A DNA stretch of 64,000 nt, from contig OX597830.1 of NCBI GenBank assembly GCA_951406725.2, positions 28,830,001-28,894,000 of the forward strand. The letters are read 5' to 3'. Within the stretch, counting starts at the first letter, position 1, and every line of letters begins with the position of its first letter. Made by a program: the position numbers and the translations under genes. Below the pieces are notes generated by a model. It saw only the letters and a list, made by a program, of their open reading frames with translations. It was not told the origin of the DNA and made no database searches. Source of the stretch: Octopus vulgaris (taxonomy: Eukaryota). Shown piece by piece: positions 15,863 through 30,265 of this stretch.

Positions 15863-15999
15863 TTATTTATCGACCTTTATGCAATGAAAAGTAAAATTAA
15901 CCACATCAGGTTTTAGAGTGACTACGTGCAGTAGAGAAACGAGACACTGCAATGAATTCTATCGGACGCTTTAAGGACTCTGTGAGAATAATAATAAAC

Positions 16000-16265
16000 A
16001 CGCCGTTGCAATGGGACTCCGCCACTTGGTACAATCTCGGGCTTGTGTTTCAAACGATCCCCGCTCAATTCCAGTGGCATTCAATGTTGCTTTGAGTTGG
16101 TCTTTGTATCTTCTAACAAAACAGTCTTTCCCTGAAGTGAATACACTGAATAAAACTTGAGACGGGAACCTAGATTCATTCTTCCTACATGGCCTCACTA
16201 TCGCAGACGGTGTTTCGTCAACAGAGATTCGATACTTTGACTGCTGGCACTTTCCACGACTTTGT
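16000..16265 (-). mobile_element. RTE-clade LINE 3' fragment, degraded
   Basis: Minus-strand translation across a stop and frameshift gives SIESLLTKHRLR*.GHVGRM and RRYKDQLKATLNATGIERGSFETQARDCTKWRS, matching the RTE C-terminal pattern LRWxGHVxRM..KRYKDxLK..WExxAxDRxxWR. Confidence 0.75.
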
Positions 16266-16597
16266 TAATAAATATTAAATTCCTAATAACTAAGAATCTT
16301 CCTGTTAATTTTATTTCCGTCCAGTTTCTTGTCCTCAACGATTACTATTCCACTTCATTTAAAAACGTTTATTTCCAGAGACAAAGTGACTGGTGCGTAA
16401 CTATTTACAATGAATAATTATTAAAATATATCAATTATTTTTCTGAGTGCAACAAAGGAATAACCCGGAGGCGTTGTTTCAGTGTATTTAACGTCAAATT
16501 ATATGCCACTAGATTTGATTATATTTTTAATTTCAGAGAATGTACTTTTGAAGGAAGTCGGTTTATTTTAATGATAAAGAAAAGTCACGCGCAGGCA

Positions 16598-16642
<45 letters not shown>

Positions 16643-17080
16643 TATATATTTCAAAGCCTATTACAGTTACATTATACGTACATTGCTGGTAATTACTCAA
16701 TATGTCAAAATTAAAACACTAACCTAATTACGTGGTCGACTGAAGAATCCACAAATAATACTTATGTACATAGCTACGAAAAACTTACGTATATACATAA
16801 CGGCAAACGCGCGCGCATTCACAGATACACATACAGACACAGAAAATACACACATATACACACACCGCACACCGCACACAACACACAGATGTCACATACG
16901 TACACATATACGTGCATACGTGTATATAAATATATGTACACACACATATAATCATATATTTGTATATGTGTGTATATATATTTAAATATACGTACTTACG
17001 CAGAGAATAGGGCACTATGAGTAATATTTTGATTTTGAGTGGAAATATATTTTTTTACTAATATGCACTACCCTATACAT

Positions 17081-17472
17081 AGGTGCATGAGTGGCTGTGT
17101 GGTAAGTAGCTTGCTTATCAATCACATGGTTCTGGGTTCAGTTCCTTGTGCAAGTGTCTTCTGCTATAGCCTCAGGCCGACCAAAGTATTGTGAGTGTAT
17201 TTGGTAGACGGAAACTGAAAGGAGCCCGTCGTATATGTATATGTGTGTGTGCACGCGCACGCGCGTATATGTTTGTGTTTGTACCCCGAACATCGCTTGA
17301 CAACCGTTACTGGTGTGTTTTCGTCCTCGTACCATAGCGGTTCGGCAAAATCGACCGATAGAATAAGTACTAGATTTACAAAGAATAAGTCCTGGGGTCG
17401 ATTTCTTCGACTCAAGGCGTTGCTCCAGCATGGCCACAGTCAAACGACTGCAACAAATAAAAGAGTAAAGAG
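17081..17472 (+). mobile_element. SINE family A
   Basis: Head gagtggctgtgtggtaagtagc through tail aaaagagtaaagag. Confidence 0.9.
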
Positions 17473-17679
17473 TACCTTGCAAAACCATATCAGGTCTTGT
17501 AAATACATTAAAACCACTATAAACTATTCAGTGCACTACTTCAGAATATTAACTCCATTCTCTTTGACCATTTAGACAAAATTTGGTGGGAAAAAATAAG
17601 TAAGACAAATTCAGGTAAATTTCCTGCCTCAATATTCCAGAATAACATTTCGGAAATCACTCATACACATCGATATCTA

Positions 17680-17896
17680 GAGACGTTTGCACGCCGTACG
17701 ACGTGCTTCGCGGTATCTCACCCATCGTCACGTTCTGAGTTCAAATTCCGCCGAGGTCGACTTTGCCTCTCATCCTTTCGGGTTCGATAAATTAAGTACC
17801 AGCTTATGCACTGGGGTCGATGTAATCAACTTAATCCGTTCGTAAGTCCTTGTTTGTCCCCTCTATGTTTAGCCCCTTGTGGGTAATAAAGAAACA
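17680..17896 (+). mobile_element. SINE family B
   Basis: cgttctgagttcaaattccgccgaggtcgac through gggtaataaagaaa. Confidence 0.85.
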
Positions 17897-18529
17897 GATA
17901 TCTATCCTAAGATATCAGAAACATTAGAAAATCAACAAGAGCTTAAAATATTAGGTCAGATGAAAGAGGGTCTTAGAAGAATGGCACATGATATATGAAC
18001 TTAACAAAACTCGACTAAATCTAAAATCTCAAGATAAGATATTCTCTATGGCTTTTTCACGATTTGCTAGTGTGGTGGTGTTCTAGACATATCTTCACAA
18101 TAAGCTGTTACAGGGAAAGAAATTATTGAAATAATCGTTGCTAATTTTGCTCCACTTAGACATCCTTTTTCTCAAAATTGAAAGTGATGAAATAAGACGT
18201 TAGTGTGTGTGTGTGTGTGTATGTCGTGCTGGGGGGGATGGCTTGATATCCAACAGGGGAAGGAATCTTTATTGTTCAACGCCAATAATTATACAGTTAT
18301 TTTATTAGCAACTTCAACTTTGAGGAAAAGTTTATTTTAAAAAAGGTGTAGCCGTGAGTTGTTTCAATCCCCCTCAGCTTAAAAGATAACAACTATTCTG
18401 ACGAAATTTTTCTCTCAAAGATGAAGCAACAAAATGAAATGCTGATGCAATATTTGCCATGTATTGGTTTCGAACAGGTTGAGAGAAAAAAACCGAAAAT
18501 TTAGAAATTATTAATTTTGTCTCACTCAC

Positions 18530-18640
18530 CCATTTTGACCCACGCTCTCTTTATATGACTGTGGAAAATGCCTGCCGGAAAACGCGTTTTTATTTTGTGT
18601 GTGTAGTCATAATATGAAGAGGTCGTATTCGATGCAAAGT
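18530..18640 (-). CDS. candidate internal exon (111 nt, phase 1-1), unknown protein
   Basis: Acceptor tgttatttgttttgttttag|, donor ATGG|GTGAGT, length divisible by 3, only one open frame: (D)FASNTTSSYYDYTHKIKTRFPAGIFHSHIKRAWVKM; no homology recognised. Confidence 0.4.
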
Positions 18641-18921
18641 CTAAAACAAAACAAATAACATTTACGAAGCCATCATTCCGGTTGCATGTTTTACTGATTC
18701 TGGTTAACTCATACCGAAATGAACGTTGGCAAGCATTTTGAAGCGCAATGGAAACAGAACAATCTTGCAGTTTTCGCAGTGCAGAATATACTAGTCTTGT
18801 CGAAGTATTTTTTTTTTTGTTGTTGTTAGAAGGAACGATATTCATAACATTCATTATAATAGCTGAAGATTCGGCCACAGTTTTATTTTACTATATCCAG
18901 TACAGACACAACTCAAACACT

Positions 18922-18953
<32 letters not shown>

Positions 18954-19040
18954 CACACATGTGTATATACACATGAGTATATATACTATATGCAAGCATA
19001 CATATTGACACAATGACGCACAAATATATATATATATATA

Positions 19041-19199
19041 CCGGAGTAAGCACATAAATGTCAAACAAGGTGGAAAATTGAGTACTCGAATACCAGTGGT
19101 AGAGTAATATGCTTTATTTAAAGCTAGCAAAAAATGTCCGATGAACGGCAACAGGAAACTCAGAGTAACAGGTTTTGTTGAATTTTCTGCTGCTTTAAA

Positions 19200-19203
<4 letters not shown>
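19041..19203 (+). mobile_element. (TA)n-embedded Penelope-like repeat with a degenerate hammerhead (family H2)
   Basis: Homologous to 39041-39221; ugu-CCGAUGA-acggcaacag-GAAA-cucagag-UA-aca at 19135-19170; (TA)n on both sides. Confidence 0.65.
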
Positions 19204-19297
<94 letters not shown>

Positions 19298-19628
19298 TAT
19301 ATATCCATACTTATATGTGTGTGTGTGTCTGTGTGGATATGTATGTAGATACATTTATGAGTGTGTGTGTATTCAAACAGAAAGAGAAGTGGAGAAGGTG
19401 TGTATGTGATAGAGGAAACGGAGAGCAACAGATAGAGCTATATGGTCTGGTAGATCAACTGATTTATAGACAACTAAATACACGTCTATAGATTTCAGTA
19501 GAGGTTATATGCAGGTAGGCATATGCAAACACGCAAAAACGTATGCACACGCACACACGGTCTAAATTACATTTATCTTGAACGAAGGTATATGCATACA
19601 CATAGACACATAAACATACACATACACG

Positions 19629-19689
<61 letters not shown>

Positions 19690-19840
19690 GTGTGTGTGTG
19701 TGTGTGTGTGTATGTACATATCTGCATGTGAATCTGTGTGTATGTGTGCATGTGTGTATATTTGTGTACATAAATATGCCCCTATATACTTACATATCTA
19801 CTCATACATCTTTATTTCACCCTCCTTTTCTTTCTCTATC

Positions 19841-19902
<62 letters not shown>

Positions 19903-20766
19903 CATAAATATATATGTGTGTTTGTATGTATGTATGTATGTATGTATGTATGTATGTATGTATGTATGTATGTATGTATGTATGTATGTATGTGTGTGTG
20001 TGTATGCATACATATATGTGTATGTCGGTATTTGCACGTACGTTGTCGTTTGTCATGCAGTTATTGCCATCTGCAGCTGTGAACGTAAGCCTCGTCCGTG
20101 ATATAACCGTGCAGATTTTTTTTCTTACTCTCCATACAACTGCTGCATTAGGTCGTCTCTATACAGAATTGGAAAGATAAGCGTGCTTAGAGATTCTCTT
20201 ATTCTTCTTCCTAAGTAAATTTTTCGCTATTTCGTAACAACTAGCATAGAAGGAATGACCGAATAACACGGGGAATGAATATTGGTACATATGCATAAGT
20301 ATGTGTGTGTGTGTTTGAGTATTCTTGCGTGTAAATGTGTATGTTTGTATGTGAGTTATTTTTTTGTATGTTCGTGTGTGTGTTTCCTGTGTATGAATGC
20401 AATTTACTACCTATCTCTTTTCTTTTACCTATATGCCTCTCTGTCTATCTTTCTATCAATATATGCAACGCTCTCTCTCGTTCTCTCTCTCACTCGCTCT
20501 TAGCTTCCTTCTCTATCTCTTCCCTTGATATGTCCGTCTTTCTACCTACCTATGTACGTATCTATGTAAGTGTAACGCGAAGTAGATAAAACAGGGGACA
20601 ATTAAGGGATTCGTTGGTCAAAATAAAGTTCGTTTTCCATGTTTTTTTAGTCTTTTTTTATCTTCTCGTTTTTTCATTTTGTTCACGTCTTTTTACGTCC
20701 TGTGCCCATATATGCATGTATATACACATATATATCTAGGTATGCACATATATGTATGTATATATG

Positions 20767-20829
<63 letters not shown>

Positions 20830-20965
20830 CATATATTTATATATTCATCTGTATCTCAGTCTGCTATCTCTGCATTTGTAGCTCCCTCATTTCATAAAGA
20901 CATAACACAGAAATATGCATATAAATGTATATACATACATACATACATAATACACACACACACAT

Positions 20966-21022
<57 letters not shown>

Positions 21023-21091
21023 ATAATACACACACAGACTCACATATATATATATATATATATAGTGCGTGTACATATATACATACATACA

Positions 21092-21179
<88 letters not shown>

Positions 21180-22719
21180 AGATTGACATGAGGCTTGGTC
21201 TGTTTCCATGAACATTTGAAAGTGGGATGACATTGTTGATAGTGGACACGGGATGCACCATGTCAAGAGTATTGTCTTTTTTTTTAACGACAGAAACTAG
21301 AGGAGTTGGTGAAAATGGCTGATAAAGAGCTAAATAGATGGAAATACAACACCTGGAGAAGACTAAAGGACTACGCCACCAAATGTAATCAGTGCAGACG
21401 GAATTGTCCCACATGTCGGCCTCTGCAGTCACGGCAGCTTTTGCTCTGCCAACAAGATAGGAGCAAGTCATACCATTCGTTTTCTTCGAGAATCAATGAA
21501 TACTTACCTACACACACACACACACATATACATACACGCACATCCACATACGCACACACTCACACAGACTCAAACACGCACAAAAACACACACACGCACT
21601 CGCGCAAATGTACACACAAACACACAAACACATACACACACACACGCACACATTATTACCATAATTTAGCGTTTAACTGCTGTTACTCGTTCACAATATT
21701 TTTCCTGATATGCAGAAGGCATTCTCATGCCAGATGCTTCGGAAGACATTGCGTGTCCAACAACATACAGAAGCAATACAAACCTCAGAACAGAATATCC
21801 AGACTACACTGGATCTCTTTCTCATTCTTCAATCCTTCCTCACCAATTTCTTTCATTCTCCCACTCACCCATCTCTCTCTCCCTCTATCTTTCCCTCTCC
21901 CTCCTTACTCTCTTTCTCGCTCGTTCGCTTTTCCATTCTCTGCTCAATTTGCAAGACGAAATCTGAGGAGTTATATTAAAATTGAGCTGCACTGGAAGCT
22001 TCTTGTAACAGAGCATTTATGCACTAACCAGTGTCATCGGTCCTTAAGTACGGAATGATATCTACTGTACAGACAATATTCTATAAACTACCAAGACCTT
22101 GCTCGTCTCTAGTGTGTGTATGCGTACTTATCATACGCGTGTATACGCATCAAAAGTGTCGATGCTAAAAGATATCCAGGATCATTCACAAGACAACGTG
22201 CCCCACATTCAACGACCAAATAGCATTCGACTGCTAATATCAACATTTTCTTTTTAAGGGATTTATTCCATCAAAAATCGGAGAAGATATGGAATAAAAT
22301 ATAAACATTTCTATCAAAATATGCAACCGGTTTCAATTGTTTTAAGACGATTTAGTGATATTTTTAAAGAAGGGGTAAAATACTGAAATAAATTAAATTA
22401 ATCCTTATAATAATTAGTTCTGGAAGTTCACTTTTCTTTCTTCCAAAATTCACATGCATAATATCGCCTCATGACTGACAGACTAGAAGTGTGAAAAACT
22501 AATTAGTTAATATACAAGAACCAAACTGTGCATGTCAAGCCCTTACCCACATTTCCACATTTTTGTTTTCTCTTGCTAAATGCTTTTCGAAGTCAAAACA
22601 TTGAAACACGAGGTAAAAATTGTAAACAGATGTTTCTGTTTCGCTATTGTTTTCTCAATTTTTTTTCTTTTGTATGTGCAACAGGAATAATGCATGACGT
22701 TCTAAAGTACTTTTCAACA

Positions 22720-22760
<41 letters not shown>

Positions 22761-22939
22761 CCACACGATCACACACACACATAAACAAACACACATACAC
22801 ACACACAAACATACAGGGGCAGAAGAAAAGCAAGCTCTTGATAATGTTCAGAATAATATTATGTCAACAATAGAGACAAGAATCAAAAGTGATGAAGGTA
22901 TCGTGTTTTCCTTAGTTTATATAGATACACACACGCACA

Positions 22940-23040
<101 letters not shown>

Positions 23041-23335
23041 TTTATATATATATACACACACATCCTCACAAATATGAAACGTTTCGTAATTTTCCTGAGG
23101 AAATGAAATGAAATACTGCTTAACTCTTTATGCCTTTATATCTATATCTGTACCACTTGAAATATTGACTTTGAAGTCCAAGAAATATTCTTATAATGAT
23201 GCAAAGTGTTATGCAGTATATTATTACATGCCCTTAGGGAATCTTGAAGACCCTTTTATACCTGTATATTATACAGTGTATATGATAGACTCTAAGAAAC
23301 GATACCTTCATTACTCCTATGTAATACTCTTTCCT

Positions 23336-23800
23336 TTATTATTATTATTGCTTTTGCATAGCTTCTAACGCTTGAGATGCACTACACTGTCAGCTGTTCA
23401 CTACCAGTCAACTAAGGTAACATCTCTTAATTTTCCAAAATATTCGAGCGGTTCCAAGCAGTGGTGTTTTCTGCAAGTGCTCCACACTTATTGCAACCCC
23501 TATTTGTTCCACGTACTCCTCGAGATTTTTGCTCACTGTTCCCATGGCTCCGACAATTATTGGTACTACTGCTACCTTTTTCATCGACCACAACTGCTTA
23601 ACCTCCCAAGCTAACCTGTCATATCTCTCGAATTTTCTTTCTTCCTTATCGCATGCCTTGTTGTCAGCTGGGCATGCTACATCTATGATCCAGCATAGTT
23701 TCTTTTCTTTCTGAATTAAGACTATGTCCAACTTCCTAGTCTTTATCACATGGTCGCACTGAATCACAAAATCCCCTAGGATATTTGCATTTCTATTTTC
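23336..23800 (-). mobile_element. 5'-truncated R4/Dong-clade non-LTR retrotransposon (restriction-like endonuclease domain plus 3' UTR)
   Basis: ILGDFVIQCDHVIKTRKLDIVLIQKEKKLCWIIDVACPADN..KEERKFERY..LLGTARI fits the RLE pattern RxPDxV..IIDVxxP..KxxKY..LLGTARI; (AAT)n tail at ~23336-23348. Confidence 0.85.
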
Positions 23801-23841
23801 GACGAAGCAAAAAGAAATTACTCCTGAGTAATACTCTTTCC

Positions 23842-24416
<575 letters not shown>

Positions 24417-24878
24417 GTACTTGTGCTTGTTTTGCAATGCTTTTTTATGTGAATTCGTATGTTGAAACAAATCTTATTGGTTCTTTGGAGGGTCATTAAG
24501 CTGATGATATTAAGCACGTGCACTGCTTCAAAATCACTTCATTGTTAGGCAATGGCTCAAATATTTAACCAGCTAACGAATTTAACCAACAATCAATCGG
24601 TTAAACAACCGATTAATTGTTTTACGAATACATTAAATAAACGATCGATTAGTAAGACATTTAATCAACTGAATAAAAATAATGAAATAATATTGAACTA
24701 CTGCGTGCGTGTATCTTTTCCTGTGTAATGCCCCTACAAAGATACAACATGGTATTATTAGACTATTATTGTCAATACATATAGTTTATATATGCATGCA
24801 TTATGTATACATATATATATATATATATATACATAACGCATCTGGGTTTTTTTTCTTTACTTAACGTATTTAACTTCA

Positions 24879-25182
24879 TGTGGAGGCACATGGCCTAGTG
24901 GTTAGAGCAGCAGACTTTCGGTCGAGGGATCGCGGGTTCGAATCTCAGACCGGGCGATGCGCGTGTTTATGAGCGAAAACGCCTATGCTCCACGCGGCTC
25001 CGGCTGAAGGTAATGGCGAACTTCTGCTAACTCTTTCACCACAACTTTCTCTCATTCTTTCCTCCTGCATCTTGCATCTCACCTTCGACGGATCAGCGTC
25101 CCGTCCAGGTGGGGAACCTATATGTCAAGGAAACCGGGAACCCGGCCCTTATGAGCCAGTCATAGCTCGAGAAGGAACAAAC
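24879..25182 (+). mobile_element. SINE family C (tRNA-Arg-like head), full length with a 12-bp TSD
   Basis: A-box TGGCCTAGTGG, B-box GGTTCGAATC; perfect TSD TATTTAACTTCA at 24867-24878 and 25183-25194. Confidence 0.92.
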
Positions 25183-25929
25183 TATTTAACTTCAGATCTA
25201 TCAATGTATGTATCTACCTTTGTATCTACACACACAATATATACGTACGTACAAGCATACATTCATACATACATTTATACCTACACTACCCCTCTTATCC
25301 CACGAAAGAATGCTATACGTACCTTGACATTGATGAACATGTATCATAAATAGTGATAGAGTGACCCATGAATATTTCACCAGATTAAGAAAAATATGGT
25401 AGTCCGAACATTCCACTTACAACAACAAAAATAAAACAATATTCCACAATGCATTTGCTATACCAGTGCTGATTCTAATTGTCAATACGGATAAGCTTGG
25501 ATTTTCAGGAAAATAAATCAACCACCTGATTTTCATATTACATATACAATCTTTAAGTGTGACCTTTCTCAGGTTTAAAATATGCCATTGTTTTCGCTAT
25601 ATATATTCCAAAGAAGGAGCTTTATATTTTGTTATCAAGGAGGTCCTTCTGTACAGGAAGAATTCAAATGATCAAATACAGAAGACATACGTACATACAT
25701 ACATACATACATACATACATACATACCATACCATACAAACATACATATTAGTGTAAATATGAGTGTCTGGAATATCTTCTACGTACATACATGAAGAAAA
25801 GAACCTACACACACACACCAAAACATACACACACACACGCACACACATACACACACACAAACACAGATTTACACATTTGTGTGAAAACTCTCGCATGATC
25901 TATGCCATACATATATGCGTACATAAAAT

Positions 25930-26310
25930 AGACGCAGGCGTGGCTGTGTGGTAAGTAGTTTGCTTACCAGCCACATGGTTCCGGGTTCAATCTCACTGCG
26001 TGGCACCTTGGGCAAGTATCTTTTATCATAACCTTGTGAGTGGATATGGTAGACGGAAACTGAAAGAATCTCGTCGTATATATATATATATATGTGTGTG
26101 TGTTTGTGTGTCTGTGTTTTACCCCTCATCATCGCTTGACAACCGATTATGGTGTGTTTACATCCCAGTAAATTAGCAGTTCGGCAAAGAGACCGATAGA
26201 ATAAGTATTAAGCTTACAAACATTACGTTCTGTGGTCGATTTATTCGACTAAAGGCGGTGCTCCAACATGGCCACTGTCAAATGACTGAAACAAATACAA
26301 GGATAAAAGA
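25930..26310 (+). mobile_element. SINE family A
   Basis: gacgcaggcgtggctgtgtggtaag through aaatgactgaaac. Confidence 0.9.
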
Positions 26311-26685
26311 ACTGACATACATACACACACATACATATGGATAAATATGTTTGTGGATAAGGGTATATATCTGTGAGGTAGAGGAGATAAGTTGCACATT
26401 TCTATTATAGAATTGTACCTGCGAGAGTCGTTTTAACGTAAGGTTTGTGTTAATACGCAGATAATTTCTATAACGAGAGAGCGAATGCTTCTCGGCAATT
26501 ATTCTGATCCTGCACTACAAGTACATATGTTACCTTGGTTTACTCTTCCTCACAACTCTCTTGGTGTCGATAACAAATAACTATCTACAGTAGTGGATCG
26601 TTATAACTTTTAAAATTATCGAATCTACTGTCATGCAGTTTTAGTTTCGGAGATTTACATTCGGATTTCAAATTCTGCGCAGATT

Positions 26686-26909
26686 CTTACTCTTTACTCT
26701 TTTACTCTTTTACTTGTTTCAGTCATTTGACTGCGGCCATGCTGGAGCACCGCCTTTAGTCGAGCAAATCGACCCCGGGACTTATTCTTTGTAAGCCCAG
26801 TACTTATTCTATCAGTCTCCTTTGCCGAACCGCTAAGTAACGGGGACATAAACACAACAGCATCGGTTGTCAAGCAATGCTAGGGGGACAAACACAGACA
26901 CATAAACAT

Positions 26910-26967
<58 letters not shown>

Positions 26968-27128
26968 GACTGGCTTCTTTCAGTTTCCGTCTACCAAATC
27001 CACTCACAAGGCATTGGTCGGCCCGGGGCTATAGCAGAAGACACTTGTCCAAGATGCCACGCAGTGGGACTGAACCCTGAACCATGTGGTTGGTTAGCAA
27101 GCTACTTACCACACAGCCACTTCTGCGT
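26686..27128 (-). mobile_element. SINE family A
   Basis: Full-length reverse copy with a (ttttactc)n tail. Confidence 0.92.
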
Positions 27129-27244
27129 TTACTTTCTATATTTAATCTGTCACATAGCGTCACACTAACACATGGCATCTCGATTCTGTTTGGATTTCGG
27201 AAGCATTCGCATTCGTATCAGGTCTTCTCCTCTCTCTACCTTAC

Positions 27245-27332
27245 CCCATATATCTTGGTAGCGATGAAAAGCGCGAAGACCATTAATTTCCCTCATAAAT
27301 GATGAACAACGGCGCCTTCGGGAATTAAACAT
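27245..27332 (-). CDS. possible first coding exon (speculative)
   Basis: ATG at 27332, MFNSRRRRCSSFMREINGLRAFHRYQDIW, phase-1 donor G|GTAAGG compatible with the 18640 acceptor. Confidence 0.18.
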
Positions 27333-27514
27333 CCAGCATTCTCACAGGCAAGTACAGCAACGTAGTTAACTACAATTGACTGGGCATCTGCTCTCAATCC
27401 ATGTAGTGTGGAGGAAACACATGTAGAGGATGTCGCACACGCACAGCTCTACCTACGTTTTGCCATCTCACGTGTAAGTGTGCATTATGAAAGAGAAGCA
27501 ATAGTATTTGTAAT

Positions 27515-27532
27515 AGTAGCAGTAGTAGTAGC

Positions 27533-27600
<68 letters not shown>

Positions 27601-27778
27601 CAGTAGTAGTTGTAGTAGTTGTTGTTGTAGTAGTAGTAGTAGCAGCAGCAGCAGCAACAGTAGTAGTAGTAGTAGCAGCAGCAGCAGCAACAGTAGTAGT
27701 AGTTGTAGTTGCAGTAGCAGAAGCAGCAGTAGCAGTAGCAGCAGCAGCAGCAGCAGTAGTAGCAGTAGTAGTAGTAGC

Positions 27779-27816
<38 letters not shown>

Positions 27817-27818
27817 CT
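27515..27818. repeat. (GTA)/(GCA) compound trinucleotide repeat
   Basis: Direct reading. Confidence 0.97.
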
Positions 27819-27959
27819 GCATTAGTAATTCTTGTTGATGATGTGGATCCTCCCATCTATCAGTCTCTTTGTCAAATTTTGTACCTATATATGGGTGCGA
27901 ATGTGAATACATACGCACACTTACACCCATACGCACGCGCGCACGCACACATATACACA

Positions 27960-29060
27960 CATATATGTTTGCTTATATTCATACACACGCATGAATACAT
28001 GTATTCACACAATTTGACAATGAAATAATCATTTCATAAGTAAACCCTTTCTTTTCTGACCTTTAAATTTTGCAAACAGTATCAAGGTAATTAATAAATG
28101 TGATATTAAGATCATTATATCTAGAACATTCGCTGTGTGCAAAATTATTAAAGACAGATTATACGGTTTTACTTTGGTTGAAAATATTTCGGGAATTAAA
28201 AAGATAAATTGATTGTACAAACCTTTACCGTAACGTCTTTAAGCAAATTCATGTTTAGAATTAGACGTTACGTATCACTTAACCATACTAAAAGTGGATA
28301 TATTAAAAAAAAAGTCTGGTCCCTACGCTTGAACTAATGGCTGGATTATACCAAATGATATTTCTTAGTCTAATTTTACACTTGGTGTATTAAGGTGTGT
28401 TTTTATTTAATGTAGAGTATCTGGAAAAGAAAAGACCTCAATATAACTATAAGACAACCAGCAGACGAGATTTATATCTGCAAATAAAAGGGATCTATGA
28501 TTGTAAATTTTAGAGAGAAAATATCTTTGGAATGATAAGAATTACAAATATAAAATATTTTATCCCTCCCACACCACACTTAGATTTATCCACTTAAGGT
28601 GGTAAAGAGAAATTTGATGATGTTAGTGGTAAATCTAATGCTACAATTTAATTTATTGAATAATTTTTCTGAAGAGTTTACTTAAAACCTATCTAGCTCA
28701 AGGCGGTTAGTATTCTGAGATGACTATTACACTTAGCTCTACATAAACCGACTCGCAATGTAGGAAATAGAGAAATAGCAAGGAAAAGATAACAAAAATT
28801 TCAAAAGAAATTCTGTTCAATGTCGTGTTCATTAGGATACAAAAGAAATATTAATTTCCCTATCTTTTTATTCAGGATGAGTTGTCAAGAAACAAAAGCA
28901 ATTCCATGCATATCAAATTCATTAATTATTTTGTTACTATTGGCTAAATTTAAAGGTCAGAAGAGATAGGGTCTTCTTATGAAATAAATGTTTCATTGTC
29001 AAATTGTGTGAATGTATGTTTTCATGCTTGTGTATGTATACGAGCGTAAATACGTGTCTA
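27960..29060. mobile_element. ~1.1-kb element with ~150-bp imperfect terminal inverted repeats (non-autonomous DNA transposon or fold-back-like)
   Basis: 27960-28106 (attcacacaatttgacaatgaaa..atttcataag..ttctgacctttaaattt) is the diverged reverse complement of 28910-29060. Confidence 0.7.
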
Positions 29061-29069
29061 TATATATAT

Positions 29070-29465
29070 AGGCGCAGGAGTGGCTGTGTGGTAAGAAGCT
29101 TACTTACCAACCACATGGTTCCCGGTTCAGTCCCACTGCATAGCATCTTGGGCAAGTGTCTTCTACTATAGCCTTGGGCTGAGCAAAGCCTTGTGAGTGG
29201 ATTTGGTAGACGGAAAAGGAAAGAAGCCCTTCGTATATATGTATGTGTATATGTTTGTGTGTCTGTGTTTGTCCCTCCAACATCGCTTGGCAACCGATGA
29301 TGGTGTGTTTACGTCCCCGTAACTTAACGGTTCGGCAAAAGACACCGATAGAATAAGTACTAGGCTTACAAAGAATAAGTCCTGGAGTCGATTTGCTCGA
29401 CTAAAGGGAGTGCTCCAGAATGGCCACAGTTAAATGACTAAAACGAGTAAAAGAGTAAAGAGAGT
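29070..29465 (+). mobile_element. SINE family A
   Basis: ggcgcaggagtggctgtgtgg through aaaagagtaaagag; sits in TA. Confidence 0.93.
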
Positions 29466-29569
29466 ATATGTATTACCACAGACACTCATATATACAAAGA
29501 AAAATTAGTCGCAACAGACACAAACACAAGCATAGACAAAATATGCATACATTGTTTCTTAAGTTTCGC

Positions 29570-29995
29570 ACAAGGCCAGCAATTTCGGTGGAGGGGCAAC
29601 TCAATTCCATTGACCCAGTGATCAACTGATACATAACCTATTGATCCCGAAAGAATAAAAGGCAAAGTCGACGTCGGCAGAAATTGAATTCAGAACGAAA
29701 AGACGAACTTCATGGCGCTATGCATTTTGCCCGGCGTGCTAACGACCCTACCAGGTTGCTGCCTTTACAGAAACACAGATATTGATCTCAAATTTTTCAA
29801 ATTTTCGCAACAATTGAAGGAGGTGGGGTTAGAGCAATAACATCGACCCCAGTGCTCCAACGCTACTTATTTTATCGACATCGGAAGCATGAACAGCAAA
29901 GTCACCTCGAAAGAATTTGAACTCAGAACTTAAAAACGGACGATATGGTACTAAACATGGTACCTGGAATGCTAAAGATTTTCTCAGCGAGCTAC
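29570..29995 (-). mobile_element. two diverged SINE family B copies
   Basis: ggcaaagtcgacgtcggcagaaattgaattcagaacg and aatttgaactcagaac match family B in reverse. Confidence 0.7.
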
Positions 29996-30265
29996 TTTCA
30001 CAAATATACATACATTAGCTTCTGTTAAATATTCTTTAGAAACAAATGACATGTTAAAAAATATATGTTTTTCTGTGTATATCCGTCTTTACAAATGTGT
30101 TTTGCATGTATATTATGTTTTAAACGATTCCTTAATATACTATATCTGTCTCTCTTTCACCCTCCCTTATCCGTTAAATATATAAACTCGTACGTACGTA
30201 TGTACGTACGCACGTATGTATGTATGTGCTTGTGTGTGTGTGTGTGTGGGGGGCATGTCTGTACC

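Noticed and set aside
24590-24620. Small hairpin caatcaatcggtt/aaccgattaattg
   Set aside because: Too short and AT-rich to distinguish from chance
24879-24955. tRNA-like sequence
   Set aside because: It is the head of a TSD-flanked SINE and lacks a proper acceptor stem
27485-27856. Mucin-like poly-Thr/Ala ORF
   Set aside because: Explained by the trinucleotide repeat; no supporting exon boundaries
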